A stretch of 63,799 nucleotides of DNA, filler included, from Octopus bimaculoides (GCF_001194135.2; 7 parts of 7 records of this genome joined end to end with filler, not necessarily neighbours in it); one strand, 5' to 3'. Positions 49,946 through 63,439 are shown, numbered from the whole stretch's first letter. Notes: generated by a model not told the origin, from the letters alone. Numbers and translations are program-made.

Positions 49946-50632
49946 ATTTTTCAATGCACACCATTGCTAACAAGTGAATTAGTCTGAAGGCTGGTTTAAC
50001 TTTGAGTCGCAATTGTAGATTATTAGTAACCTTGTTTACTATTGGGGTTTAAACCATCAACCTTGAGCCCTTACGTAATTACTCAAGGAGTCTCTATATA
50101 GTTACTCTAGCTTGCTTGAAATAATTTGCTTTAAAAAGGAATCAGATAGTGGATAATGTAATCTTGTACAAAGTGTTTGAAAATAAGATAAGATTGTCAT
50201 TGTTGTAATGCCTTTAATCATAGGTTTGATCATACAGAGCTCATCTGTGTATTTAAAAATCTATAATGCAATAAGAGATGGAGATAGCAGAGACAATAGA
50301 GCTTTGAAGTAGAATGTTTCTGAGTTTGTGCGTGCGCGCATGTGTGAGTGCATGTGTATAGGTGTGGGCATGGCTGTGACAGTCATAGGTGTGGCTGTGT
50401 GTTTGAGAAGTTTACTTCCTAACCACCTGGTTTTGCGTTCAGTCATACTATGTGACAACTTGGTAAAGTGTTTTCAACTTCTCCAAGTTATCAGATAGCC
50501 TTGACCCAATCAAAGCCTCATGAGTGAATTCGGTAAATGGAAACTTAAGAAGGCCCTTGTAAATACATACATACCTGCCAACTTGCCTGTCTGTCTACCT
50601 ACCTACCTGTCTCTCTCTCTATATATATATAC

Positions 50633-50675
<43 letters not shown>

Positions 50676-51656
50676 TTTCATTATTGATCAAAATTCAACT
50701 GATTTTATGAACATGTAACATATATGGATGCTTAGTTAGTGCAAGGTGTCTGCCATAACATTGAGATCAAGACTGATTCAAGAAGAAATACCTTAGACCT
50801 AATTAACACTATTGACCTTCATTAGGTGAGATAACATGGTTATCTATTGCAGCTGTATCAAATCATGCTTGTAGAGAAAAGTGGTTGTTAAAATGATGAT
50901 GATGATTATACTTTCAATTTAATGGATATGTTTAAGATTATGAAAAGATTAATAAAACATAAAAAATGTTTATTTGTTAAAGTTTACAAAGTTACCTAAT
51001 AATTTTTAATTTATTAAGATTTTTGGAATAGTCATGTCACTGAATATTTGGACCTGGGATTTGTTTATGTCATTTCCTGGCAATAATGTTTGTAGGAATA
51101 CCTAGGAGGAACTCCTTCCAGGCTTTCCCTTAATTGCTGTTTGGGTGCATTAAAAAAAAATTTTTTGTTAGAATATAAAAAAAAATTCATTGCAATTGTG
51201 AAGTATCAAGTGTATTAATGAAGCAATTTATATTTCAAAAAATTCAATTTATTTGTTTTATTGAATTTATATAACTTCACAAAAGCAAAAAAATATGATA
51301 TTGATCAGTTTAATATGAGGACTTTAAATATTTCAATACTATTATTCAGAAAATTTAAGTGATTTCTTTGGAAAAAAATCTAATTTTTGACTTTTTTATT
51401 AAGAAGACTGTGATCTAGTAATCCTACTGAACATGATGGTAAACTGAAATGATTTTAGTGTTCAGTTAAGATCAGAGAGTTTCAAACTTTTGTGTGAAAT
51501 ATTTGTTTGAAAGCTAACAGACAGTTGGAGACAGTCATATCCTAAACAAATCCCGAAAGCAGTCAATTTCTTGCAATTTTGTATTTTCTTTGCTTTCAAC
51601 AATCCTATATCTTACTGAATGAGTGAAGAGCATGTTTACATTTTTATCCTGGACAG

Positions 51657-51799
51657 GTGTGCAAACAAGCGGGAATTCAGTACATAATGCTTATGACCTC
51701 CTCTCTCTATTTGTTCCTTATTGTGTACAAATGTATAAGCTGCTTACAACAGTGGTGGCATGGCTTAAGGATTATTACAAAATACAGCAAGATTAACAG
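51657..51799 (+). CDS. Candidate exon (143 nt) of an unrecognised host gene
   Basis: Acceptor TTTTTATCCTGGACAG and donor CAG|GTATAA; frame 0 open throughout, frame 2 reads VQTSGNSVHNAYDLLSLFVPYCVQMYKLLTTVVAWLKDYYKIQQD*. Confidence 0.3.
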
Positions 51800-52192
51800 G
51801 TATAAGAAAGTAATTATAGATTGCTGTATGCCGCAAGAATAAGAGGTGGCTTTTTTTAAAAAATATAAAAGTATTTAAAATTAGAAATTTAAAATTTCCT
51901 TGTGGCTAGATGTGTATTTCAAAAATTTTAAATTACTTTAATTTCAAAGATAATTTAATGTAGTGGTGTGCATTTATGAAAACATTCAAGGAAGGCTATA
52001 CTGTTATAATACAGTTACCATTTTTATATTCCATTTGACATTTCAATGTTTGCTTTTAGTTATAATTAATAACCAGTGTTTTATAAACTTATACTTCTTT
52101 TACAATATAAATGTGTCTCTTTATTTCCTATCTTTTTCTTTCCTTCTCTATCTGTTGTCTGTCAATTTGTCTCTCTGTCAATTTCTCTATGT

Positions 52193-52565
52193 GGAGGCGC
52201 AATGGCCCAGTGGTTAGGGCAGTGGACTTGCGGTCATAGGATCACGGTTTCGATTCCCAGACCAGGCGTTGTGTGTGTTTATTGAGCGAAAACACCTAAA
52301 GCTCCACGAGGCTCTAGCAGGGGATAGTGGCGAACCCTGCTGTACTCCTTCACCACAACTTTCTCTCACTCATTCTTCCTGCTTCTGTTGTACCTGTATT
52401 TCAAAGGGCCAGCCTTATCACACTGTGTCACGCTGAATATCCCCGAGAACTACGTTAATAGTACACGTGTCTGTGGAGTGCTCAACCACTTGCACGTTAA
52501 TTTCACGAGCAGGCTGTTCCGTTGATCGGATCAACTGGAACCCTCGATGGAGTGCCAACAACAAC
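52193..52565 (+). mobile_element. Full-length SINE family B with CpG-decay substitutions
   Basis: GGAGGCGCAATGGCCCAGTGG..GCCAACAACAAC. Confidence 0.9.
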
Positions 52566-53405
52566 TATTTCTCTATCACATGTGCATGCATGCATGTGCA
52601 CACATACACATACATACATATACTTAGATACTGATCAAGTAGAATACATTGGATTGCTGTGAGGAAATTGGAAAGGTTTAACATTTTGGGAAGAAGTAAC
52701 AAAGTTTCTTGCTTGAAACTTAAAACTTACCCTTTTCCTCATAGCAAACCAATTTATTCCACTTCAGAACTAATTATACTCACTTCTCACAAGTGCAACT
52801 ACAAAGGCTCATATGTGTGTGTGTGTGTATGTGTGTGTGTGTGTGTGTATATGTGTGTGTGTGATGCATGCATATACATGCACATGCACACACACACACA
52901 CACACATACACACACACTTGCATGTACAACAGTCTTCCACACAACTTCTGATAACCAAATTCATTCACAGGGCTTTGGTTGTCTACAACCTAAGGTGCCT
53001 CACAATGGGACAGAATCCAAAATCATGTGGTTACGAAGCAAACTTCTTTACCACACAGCCATTTGTGTACTTATAAAGTATAGAAATGAATTTCTTTAAA
53101 ATTGATTGAACTCCATCGTATTCTTGGTATAAATTATTTCTGTGCTATTTATTTTAAAGTAGATTCCAATACTGCAATTCACACTCATCATCATTTCTCT
53201 CCTGAATTTTGGCTCCTTTTTTAACCAATTTAGTATCTTTCTTACTCTCTCATCTATAATTCTAGCCTTTTGAATCTGGAATATTTTGGTAATACACATG
53301 TCATGCACATACATATTTAAACATACATTCTCAAATACATATGCAAGCATACTCATATATACATGCTCAATTTTATTATAAATAATTATGTTGTTATGTA
53401 AGCTC

Positions 53406-53640
53406 TTAACCCTTCATAGGCAAAACTTACTGAGGTTCTTACAATGAAAAATAAACAAGATGGCAATAATTTCATGAGACACAAAATAATGAGGGTGTTG
53501 TTATCTAAAATTCTGAAAGTAAAAATAGGAGTCAGAAAATGCAGAAAAATAAACATTTTCTTGAAAAGACCAGCTCTTCTGTCTTTCTAATGCAAAGATG
53601 GAAGTTCAATATAATGGCCTGATTGTTTTCTAAGGGTTAA
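53406..53640. mobile_element. Possible piggyBac-derived MITE
   Basis: TTAA-CCCTT...AAGGG-TTAA ends; only 5 bp of TIR match. Confidence 0.35.
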
Positions 53641-55254
53641 GATGGAACAGATGCTGAAGCAGTAAAGTGTCATACTAAGTTTCATTCTCAAAGATACTGT
53701 CCATCACTAACCAAGTATAAATTTTTGTAACTGCTCTTGTCACAAGCCAATGAGGTAGCTTCTATGTAGTGCATCAACCTGTTAGAAACATCTGTCATAT
53801 TTTCTCAATTCCTACTTCATCATCATCATCTTCAACATTTGACATCCATATTCAGTGCTGGCAAGGGTTGGATGGTTTAACAGGATTCAACAGATCAGAG
53901 GACTGTCAAATTCCAATGTTTGTTTCAGCATGGTTTCTGCAGATGGACAATCTTCCTAAAGCCAACCACTTTACAGTGTGTATTGAGTGCTTTTTGTGTT
54001 ACTAGTGCTTGCAAGGTTGCCAAGTAGCTCATAAGACATCCAGATTGAGGGCTTATGCTAGGTGTTGAGAGGTAAGATACAGAGATAGGAACAAGTGTCT
54101 TGCTGTAGAGGAGACACATGTTTATGCAAGTGACACATTGAAATGATAAATAGGGTGAGATGGTTGTGGCTATGGCTGAAACACCTTCAGTTATAAGTCT
54201 GCTCAATCTGGTCTAACTTGTTGACTTGGGCTAATCTTCTGCTGCCGCCACCACCACTGTCACCACAATGACTCCTATTAATACTATATAAGTCACTGTA
54301 TTTTGATTCCTCTGTGTGGCATCTGAGTTCAAGTCTGGTTAAAGTCAGCATTTGAATATAGTAAGTATCAGATATAATCATGGTTTAAATCTATTAATAC
54401 TTTTCCTTCCTTTCCTAACAAAAAATTTGGCTTTGTGTCAATGTATTTCTTGAGTTTAAAACATTTTTGTGAAATAACAAACTAATTCTCAAGAAGCTTT
54501 TAAAAAAGTTTGTCATTGGCTTAAGTGTTAATCTCCTTACCAGGACAAAATTAGTAAAAACAGGTTGTCAAAGATCAGAGTTTAAACTCAGGACTGCATC
54601 TGCTAATTAGGAATACATGGTAAACATCACCCCCCACACCCACTACCAGTATCATCATTTAACATCCACATTTCCATATGGAGAATGGATCTCTTCAGTT
54701 AGGCTCAAATTTTTAATTATGTCTTTTTAACTAAACAGTTTGAATCTTCGTATATTGGTGTAATTTCTTACACTGAACACAGTTTACTTTCAACATTTTT
54801 GACAAAATTTCGTATTTTAGAAGTTATTTCATGCTAAAGTTGTTGTATTTGGGTTAATTTTAACCAGTCAACAATATGTAATCAGCTGAAGAAACCTACT
54901 GCTGTTTGCGATAGTAATCGAAGAGGAACAACTTCTGGGACATCTCTACTAAATGTATTTTTCAACCACTTGTCAATTATTCAGTGTGTTCTCATTTAGT
55001 ACAGATGACCCGTGAGTTTTTGCTCTTTGATTACTATCACACACAAACTGCAGTGAGTGATTTGGCTGATATTTCTAGCACATCTCAAAACAACCTGCCT
55101 CATTTCTTTATTACTCATGTACGTTTTTCAATATTTTCTCTCCATAAATACATTTATATGCTATAAAAAAGAAAAAATTGAGAAAAATATGAATTTTTTG
55201 CAACCCCCACTCCCTACCCCCGATTGTTTTTGTTTAGAAATTTAAATATTGGAG

Positions 55255-55625
55255 AGCCTGAGGTCATTGCTGGCATTTATCCACAGTGATTTATAAAAAT
55301 TACAGAGATGTACTTGCATAGCAAGTGACTTGATCTGAGAACGTGTGCTGAAACAAAAAAACAATTGCAGCGTGGAAGATGTTTGTAAGCCATTCACTTC
55401 AATATTTAAATTTCATTTGTGTCAAAATATTTTTGTCACTTTGAAACCATGACCTGTTCACTGACAAAGCTTTGCGAAAGTGATGCAGCATGAAGTTTTT
55501 TTCAGTGAACAGGTCATGGTTTCAAAGCAACGAAAATATTTTGACACAAATGAAATTTAAATGTTGAAGTGAAACTGTTTTTTTTTTTTTGTTCTTGAAT
55601 GGCTTACAAACATCTTCCACACAGC
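55255..55625. mobile_element. Palindromic (fold-back) MITE-like element
   Basis: Arms ~55373-55464 and ~55502-55619 are near-perfect inverted repeats (e.g. TTTGAAACCATGACCTGTTCACTGA / TCAGTGAACAGGTCATGGTTTCAAA). Confidence 0.8.
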
Positions 55626-56066
55626 ATTTTAAAAAAGAGTTATGTAAAGGATAATTCATTTTGATAGCATACTTTTCGGTGAGAAAATGTTTTTTCTTAC
55701 ACACACACATACATGGCTTCGTTTGATTCAGATGGGGGTAAGAATTTAGATTACAATTTATTTTGTTGTTTTTCTTCCACCAATCGACCACGCGTGTGTT
55801 ACTTCAGCATCATCATTCCATAAAATGTGTTTAATGGGAGATAAATATTGTAAGAACATCAATACATGTGAGAGTAAAAAGGGAGGGAGGGTGGTTTAGG
55901 TTGTGCTAGAACCAACAGTGAAACCACCTTTTACTCTGAAAATATTTACAATTTGTTTTTCTTTTTTTTTTACCAGAAAGGCTCCTCCCATGGTTTTTAA
56001 GTTAAAAATGAAAATGCTCACAATCGGTCTGGATAGGGCAAAGGTAAAAAATACACACACCTGGTG

Positions 56067-56095
56067 TTTAAGGTTAGGGTTTAGGATTAGGGTTA
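56067..56095 (+). repeat. Short degenerate TTAGGG-like array
   Basis: TTTAAGGTTAGGGTTTAGGATTAGGGTTA. Confidence 0.6.
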
Positions 56096-57530
56096 TGCTG
56101 AGAATGGGTGGAGTACGTATTCTTTACCTTCACCCGGAATAGTTATCATTGTAAGACTTATAGCGTTCCAAACAGGCATAACAACAAAATCATTTTGAAA
56201 TTTTTTTTACAAAAATTATACAGGTATTTTTAAAAAATTTTCATTCAATAAATAATGTTTTTACATTACGTATACATTAATAAAATAAACTGTCAGTTTT
56301 CCAAATAGCGAATTAAAACTTGAAATAAAAACATTAAAAAGAGAAAGTGAGAGACTTTGCAAATGAAAATGTAATACTCTGCAGTGAATATTTAAATTTG
56401 TGAAGAATTGGATGTAGTGAAAGCAATGAATATTTAAATTTGCGAGAAATTGGAGTAAAAATTTCAATAAACTTGAGAAATCAAAATTATAGGAAATTTC
56501 TTAGAACATGAATTTATAAAAATATTTCCAAACTGTCAACCCTTTAATAATTGTTACATACCTAATTAATAAGCAGCTTTCTTCATTATAGCATAGATGT
56601 CTGATACAAATTATGATGGCTGATGGTGCTAAACAGTACACATCATAAACATTTCTTATATGTGCACAAGATCAGAAATTTTGTGAGGATAAAATAGTTG
56701 ATTATACCCAACCCATTACTTGACTTGTAATCTATTTTTTGACCCTGAAAAACAAAGTCAATCTCTGTTGGATTTGAACACAGAATCTAGAGGTCTGTAA
56801 CAGAATATTACAAAGATTTTTCTCTAACAATCTAACAATTTTATCAATTCTTACATTTACATAAGAGATGTAGCTGATTGATTTGATATTCGTACATATC
56901 TAGTACTTATTTTACTGACTATAGAGGGATAACAGAAGAAGTTGGCTCAGGGCAGGATTTGAACTTAGAAAATACATACAGAAGGATGCAACTAAATACT
57001 CTAAATCATTCACTCTGGCACACTACTATACTGTCTGTGTCACTCCATTGCAGTCTCACTGTTCTTAATAATAATAGATACTGGAGAATATGTCTGAACT
57101 TCTCATTAAATTCCATGAATAAATGAATTTTATTTTAAGGAACGATTTACCTGAGGCAGTTGGAAGAATAAAAAAATTATTAGAAGGGATATGGTGAAAT
57201 AAAATATAAATGAAATTTAAATAAAAATATGAGATAGAAAGAATTCATTTTGAGCAATATTGGAAAGTTCTGATCTGTTTGTTTGGGGACTGAAGTAAAA
57301 AAAAGAAAAAAATCTAATATAGATAATTAGAAATAACAGCCAAACATGGTTTCAGGCATAAGATAGCTAGCAGGTAAAATGCAACAATTCTCCTTATAAT
57401 CAATAATTTTGTTTATCATATAATCAGTAGTCATGTTTTAACTAATTTTTTGAAAAATAATTTTGATATTATTTCCATAAAATATACAAGACAAAAAACT
57501 TTCATGTTACAATGAATCTCTCTTCCCCCG

Positions 57531-57585
<55 letters not shown>

Positions 57586-57683
57586 TTATGGGCAAACCTC
57601 AGAATTAGCTACATATTTCTTGTAGATTTTAAATATCAGATTTTCTTTCATATAGGAATTGTAAAAACACACTCATGTAACTT

Positions 57684-57719
<36 letters not shown>

Positions 57720-58959
57720 TGTATGCATATGTGTGTGTATAGGCATTGATAGACTGACAGATATATGCCTACATAAATAATAACATCCTATTTAGAAAAT
57801 AAATAACTTAATTAAATCAAATTTAATTTTTAGTTAATCTATCAATAGAACTAAATGGTAAAAGAATGCTTATACAAGCTAAATGTGTTAATAGAAACAG
57901 TACTCAAATGAGTAAGAATATTTCTTACTTCAGTTCTAATGAATACTCTTTGTATTGGCCTGTTTTGCTTTCCTTAAAAATGCAAACATGTAAACAATTT
58001 AATATTTTTATTTTAGTTTTATCAATTTTCTGCACAATTCACAGGAGTCTCAAATAAGTTTGATAGTTGTCTTCAAGAAAAGTCATCCATTATTCATGAA
58101 TTATTTTAAACTTCAAATTTTATATTATTTTCCAGCTTTAAACATTAATGTTATTTAATGTAATATATTCTCTACCAATTTACCCTGCTTCTTTTTATAT
58201 TCTCAAATGTATATTTCCAGATGAGTTTAGAACTGTATGCAATTGTCTATGTTTTTAAGTTTTTCTTTTCTGTCCTTTATGTCTGGATTAATTTAGGGTC
58301 AAAGTTTTCATAAAAACACATTGTTAGTTTGTTTTAAAGTATAAAATCTCAAAGAAACTAGAAGTTTCCTTGATGACTAATTTATCCTTAGGCTGTACAT
58401 ACAAATCTTTTATTTTATAAAAAAAATAAAAATTAAGATAAACTTTAGTATCAATAAAATCAATGTATCTTATATTTTTCATTTAGAAGTTATTTTGTTG
58501 ATTTGGAAATACAAATTAGAAAAAATATATTATACCAAACAGAAATAATTTATCCTGTTTCAAGAAAAATATGTAAATGCGTTATATTTAATTTGACAAT
58601 ACTTTTTGTAAAGATCAAGTTAACTAGGCCTTCATAATATACTTGACTCTACTCTCAGTATCCAGTCATATCATAATCAGTAAATGCTCAGTTGTTTTTC
58701 TTAAAAGTGCTTTGAAATGATGTTAGATTAATATGCTTATGATAATTATGACTTTTTTGTTTTTATTTTGTAATAACAAAATTAACCATATATAATTAAA
58801 ATTCAAACTAATTATATCTGTCTGTCTGTCCGTCTGTCTGTCTGCTTGCCTGCTTAGCCATTTGTCTGTCTGTCTGGTTGACTGTCTGTCTTTTATCATA
58901 CAATTCAGTCTTGTCAGTTATTAAAACTTGGCAAGGATCATGATGAGCCATTGACTAGT

Positions 58960-59187
58960 AGGAGTAGCTTGCTTACCAACCACATGGTTCCGGGTTCAGT
59001 CCCACTGTGTGGCACCTTGGGCAAGTGTCTTCTGCTATAGCCTCGGGCCGACCAAAGCCTTGTGAGTGGATTTGGTAGACAGAAACTGAAAGAAGCCCAT
59101 CGTACGTATGTATATATATATGTATGTGTGTGTGTATATGTTTGTGTGTCTGTGTTTGTCCCCCCCCCCAACATCAGTTGACAAACG
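58960..59187 (+). mobile_element. SINE family A, 5' two-thirds (runs into gap)
   Basis: GTAGCTTGCTTACCAACCACATGGTTCCGGGTTCAGTCCCACTG..GGCACCTTGGGCAAGTGTC. Confidence 0.9.
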
Positions 59188-59367
59188 NNNNNNNNNNNNN
59201 NNNNNNNNNNNNNNNNNNNNNNNNNNNNNNNTTAATTAATTAANNNNNNNNNNNNNNNNNNNNNNNNNNNNNNNNNNNNNNNNNNNNTATAGCTAGCTAT
59301 CAATCTATGCATCTATCTATGTATCCATCCATCTATCTATGTCTCTCTCTATCTATCTATATATCTA

Positions 59368-59442
<75 letters not shown>

Positions 59443-59529
59443 TAATCTTATACGTCACGTTAGTTACAAAGACGCATAAGTGTGTGAGTATGAACGTAGC
59501 TTCTGTCTTGTGCTACGCGTGTGCGTGAA

Positions 59530-59563
<34 letters not shown>

Positions 59564-59789
59564 TGTGCGTGTGTGCGTGCGTGTGTGTGAGCATGAAATG
59601 GGTGGTGAGTTGATATGAGTGGTCCTCTTTTAGAGCTGGTTTGCACTACTTTCACAAATGCATCGAAGTAGCAACAACGAGTGAAAGTCCCCTCCCCGTT
59701 AGTAACACCCCAGCAACAAGAAGATTGACAGCAGCACTTAAGTCCAAGCTCGATAGTTACATAGCAACAATGTTAGCGTTTAACAACAA

Positions 59790-59988
59790 CAGTAACAACA
59801 CCAACAGCAACACTAGTGACGGCACCACTTGATCCAAGTTAGTTAGTGCTCAATAAGATTATCACCAACATCAACACCGCCACCAAAATCACCAGCACCG
59901 CCAGCACCACCACTGCCATCGCCATTACAACCACCACCACCACCACCACCACCACCACCACCACCATGCACCACCATGCACCACCACC
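59790..59988. repeat. (CAA)n/(CAC)n trinucleotide microsatellite
   Basis: Directly visible. Confidence 0.85.
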
Positions 59989-60920
59989 NNNNNNNNNNNN
60001 NNNNNNNNNNNNNNNNNNNNNNNNNNNNNNNNNNNNNNNNNNNNNNNNNNNNNNNNNNNNNNNNNNNNNNNNNNNNNNNNNNNNNNNNNNNNNNNNNNNN
60101 NNNNNNNNNNNNNNNNNNNNNNNNNNNNNNNNNNNNNNNNNNNNNNNNNNNNNNNNNNNNNNNNNNNNNNNNNNNNNNNNNNNNNNNNNNNNNNNNNNNN
60201 NNNNNNNNNNNNNNNNNNNNNNNNNNNNNNNNNNNNNNNNNNNNNNNNNNNNNNNNNNNNNNNNNNNNNNNNNNNNNNNNNNNNNNNNNNNNNNNNNNNN
60301 NNNNNNNNNNNNNNNNNNNNNNNNNNNNNNNNNNNNNNNNNNNNNNNNNNNNNNNNNNNNNNNNNNNNNNNNNNNNNNNNNNNNNNNNNNNNNNNNNNNN
60401 NNNNNNNNNNNNNNNNNNNNNNNNNNNNNNNNNNNNNNNNNNNNNNNNNNNNNNNNNNNNNNNNNNNNNNNNNNNNNNNNNNNNNNNNNNNNNNNNNNNN
60501 NNNNNNNNNNNNNNNNNNNNNNNNNNNNNNNNNNNNNNNNNNNNNNNNNNNNNNNNNNNNNNNNNNNNNNNNNNNNNNNNNNNNNNNNNNNNNNNNNNNN
60601 NNNNNNNNNNNNNNNNNNNNNNNNNNNNNNNNNNNNNNNNNNNNNNNNNNNNNNNNNNNNNNNNNNNNNNNNNNNNNNNNNNNNNNNNNNNNNNNNNNNN
60701 NNNNNNNNNNNNNNNNNNNNNNNNNNNNNNNNNNNNNNNNNNNNNNNNNNNNNNNNNNNNNNNNNNNNNNNNNNNNNNNNNNNNNNNNNNNNNNNNNNNN
60801 NNNNNNNNNNNNNNNNNNNNNNNNNNNNNNNNNNNNNNNNNNNNNNNNNNNNNNNNNNNNNNNNNNNNNNNNNNNNNNNNNNNNNNNNNNNNNATTTACT
60901 TCTGTACATCACACCTAACA

Positions 60921-60973
<53 letters not shown>

Positions 60974-61634
60974 CACATATATATGTTATTTGTACTTCTT
61001 TTCTTAGACTCTATCGCTCTTTCATTTTTCTGTTCTCCGCCTCTCTCTTTTCCTTTTAGACACTCTCTCTCTCTTCCTCCTTGCATCTCTCGCTCGTTTT
61101 CTCACCCTTTCTCTCCATCGTTCCTTTCTCACCTTATGCCCTTAAACACGCCGTCTTTAATTTTAGGCCTCGTTTTCGTTACTAACGGGTCATCAACCAC
61201 TCACCACTTCTTTCTTTCTTTCTTTCTTTCTTTCTTTCAGTTACACCCCACCACACATTGACATTTCGTCACAGTTATCTTCCAAGCAGTGTTGTTGCTT
61301 CTCATAGCATTTACATAGAGATTTGAGCTTTGTAAATATAGTTATGATTTTGTTTCTATTGTTGCTGCTGTTGTTGTTGCTCTTATATATATATATATAT
61401 NNNNNNNNNNNNNNNNNNNNNNNNNNNNNNNNNNNNNNNNNNNNTTAATTAATTAANNNNNNNNNNNNNNNNNNNNNNNNNNNNNNNNNNNNNNNNNNNN
61501 CACACACACACACACACATATATATATTATATGTATGTATTATTGCATTATATGTATGTATAATGATATATATATATACATACGTGTATTTGTGTATGAT
61601 TGCAAACGCACTCATTCGCCTTATATATATATAT

Positions 61635-61680
<46 letters not shown>

Positions 61681-62139
61681 CAGATGAGTGTGTTTACATT
61701 CATGCACACATGTATGTATGTATGTATGTATGTATGTATGCGAGGGCATGGCTGTGTGGTTAAGAAGTTCGGCTCAAAGCCGCATGAACTGAGGTTCAAA
61801 CCCACTGCACAGCAACTTGTAAAATGTGTCTTCAACCAGAAGTCCCACCCAGTTTGCTGCCCATTGCCATGGGAGTGAATTTGATAATTCCTTGTGGACA
61901 AGTAGAACTATGCAGAAGTCTGCCGCCTGAGTATAGATGACGATGATGACGATGATGATGATGATAATGATGATGAAGAAGATAATGATGATTGCCTCAT
62001 CTTCTCAGATGGCAGCCATTTCGCAGACAAATGATCGTGTGACATCTATTTATACGTCATTGGATTTCAGTGACAAAAACTTCTACAACGCATTTGTCAC
62101 TCTTTCGGTCACAATAGTAACTTCCGGTGTCAAGCATAG

Positions 62140-62580
62140 CAGAAAGGGCTAAAGTCAGACACTCTCCTCTTTGGCCAAGGCCTCATCAACTTTTTCAAGT
62201 TCCACTTGAAAAGGAAGATGAGAGTAGAGAGGGAAGTGCTGTCTCATAGCAAATTCGTTGAAAGATGGGTGACTGTTGGAAGAATAGCCAATATGAACGG
62301 ACCAATTCTGAGAATACACCTGTAAAAAAAAAAAGGGGTAATATAAAAGGAGAAAGGGCTCTATACCCCTTTCTTAATTTTCTGACCAGGCTCTCCCGTG
62401 GCTTTTATGGGTTTTTCCATGTGTAACCTTTCGAAGTGCCTCCCCCTATTGGGAATTTTATTTGTTATATCTTTCTCTGTTTTTCTTCTTTTCGGACAAA
62501 ACCTTTTGTAACCTTCGTCCTGTCTTTGTCCTTACATGTTTTTAATTTATATTAGCCCTTGTGGCCAATAAAACCAGAAT
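62140..62580 (+). mobile_element. L1/Tx1-like LINE 3' end (ORF2 C-terminus 62140-62325 + 3' UTR + AATAAA)
   Basis: QKGLKSDTLLFGQGLINFFKFHLKRKMRVEREVLSHSKFVERWVTVGRIANMNGPILRIHL* resembles the Tx1/L1 C-terminal F..RW motif; clade assignment from memory. Confidence 0.65.
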
Positions 62581-63439
62581 TAGTTCTTTTCAATGCAAGT
62601 CTTGGATCTATTTTAAAACGGGGGCCACAGTATTTTCTTAACGAAACACTNNNNNNNNNNNNNNNNNNNNNNNNNNNNNNNNNNNNNNNNNNNNTTAATT
62701 AATTAANNNNNNNNNNNNNNNNNNNNNNNNNNNNNNNNNNNNNNNNNNNNTGTATGTACATATGTATGTGTGTGTGTCTGTGTATATGTGTATGTACGTA
62801 CATACGTATGTATGTATCTGTGTGTGTGTGTGTGTGCTTGTATGTACATATGTATGTGTGTATGTATGTACGTATGTACATATGTATGAGTGTGTGTGTG
62901 AGTGTGTGTATGTGTATGTATATATATATATATGAGCGTGTATGTATGTATATATATCTATGTACATATGTATGTATGTGTGTTTGTATATATGCATGCA
63001 TCTATGTATCTATGTACATACATATGTAAGTATGTATGTGTGTTCGTATGTAAGTATGCATGTATCTAGCACAAGTTTAATTGTCCTCTTTAATATCTTC
63101 CCTTTCTCTCTATATCTTTCTCTCTCATGTAACTTGGGGGGATGCTTCTCTCATGACATTTGGGGTTTCACACATGCTAGAAGCAGTGCCCCCTAATTCT
63201 TTCATTTCCATTTGTCTCCTTTTGAATTTACGTATTTTGCATATGTTTAACTTACTTCCATCACCACATCCATCCTTAGTTATAGGTAACACAGTAGCAG
63301 TACTTATTTCTGGATATGCTTAACAGGGCAGAAAAGGACTGCTTTTATGAAAACTTTCTGAAGACTACCTTATTGATGACTGACAGAGATTTTGCGATCA
63401 TGATTGGTGGCAAAGATAGCATAATCCTTCTGTTCTCTT

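Noticed and set aside
59839-61261. 415-471-aa ORFs with mucin-like poly-Thr or poly-Val
   Set aside because: They are (CAC)n/(CAA)n repeats running into a ~900-bp gap.
62170-62322. Apparent minus-strand exon after (T)11ACAG
   Set aside because: Better explained as the antisense of the L1/Tx1-like ORF2 C-terminus and the A-run after its stop codon.
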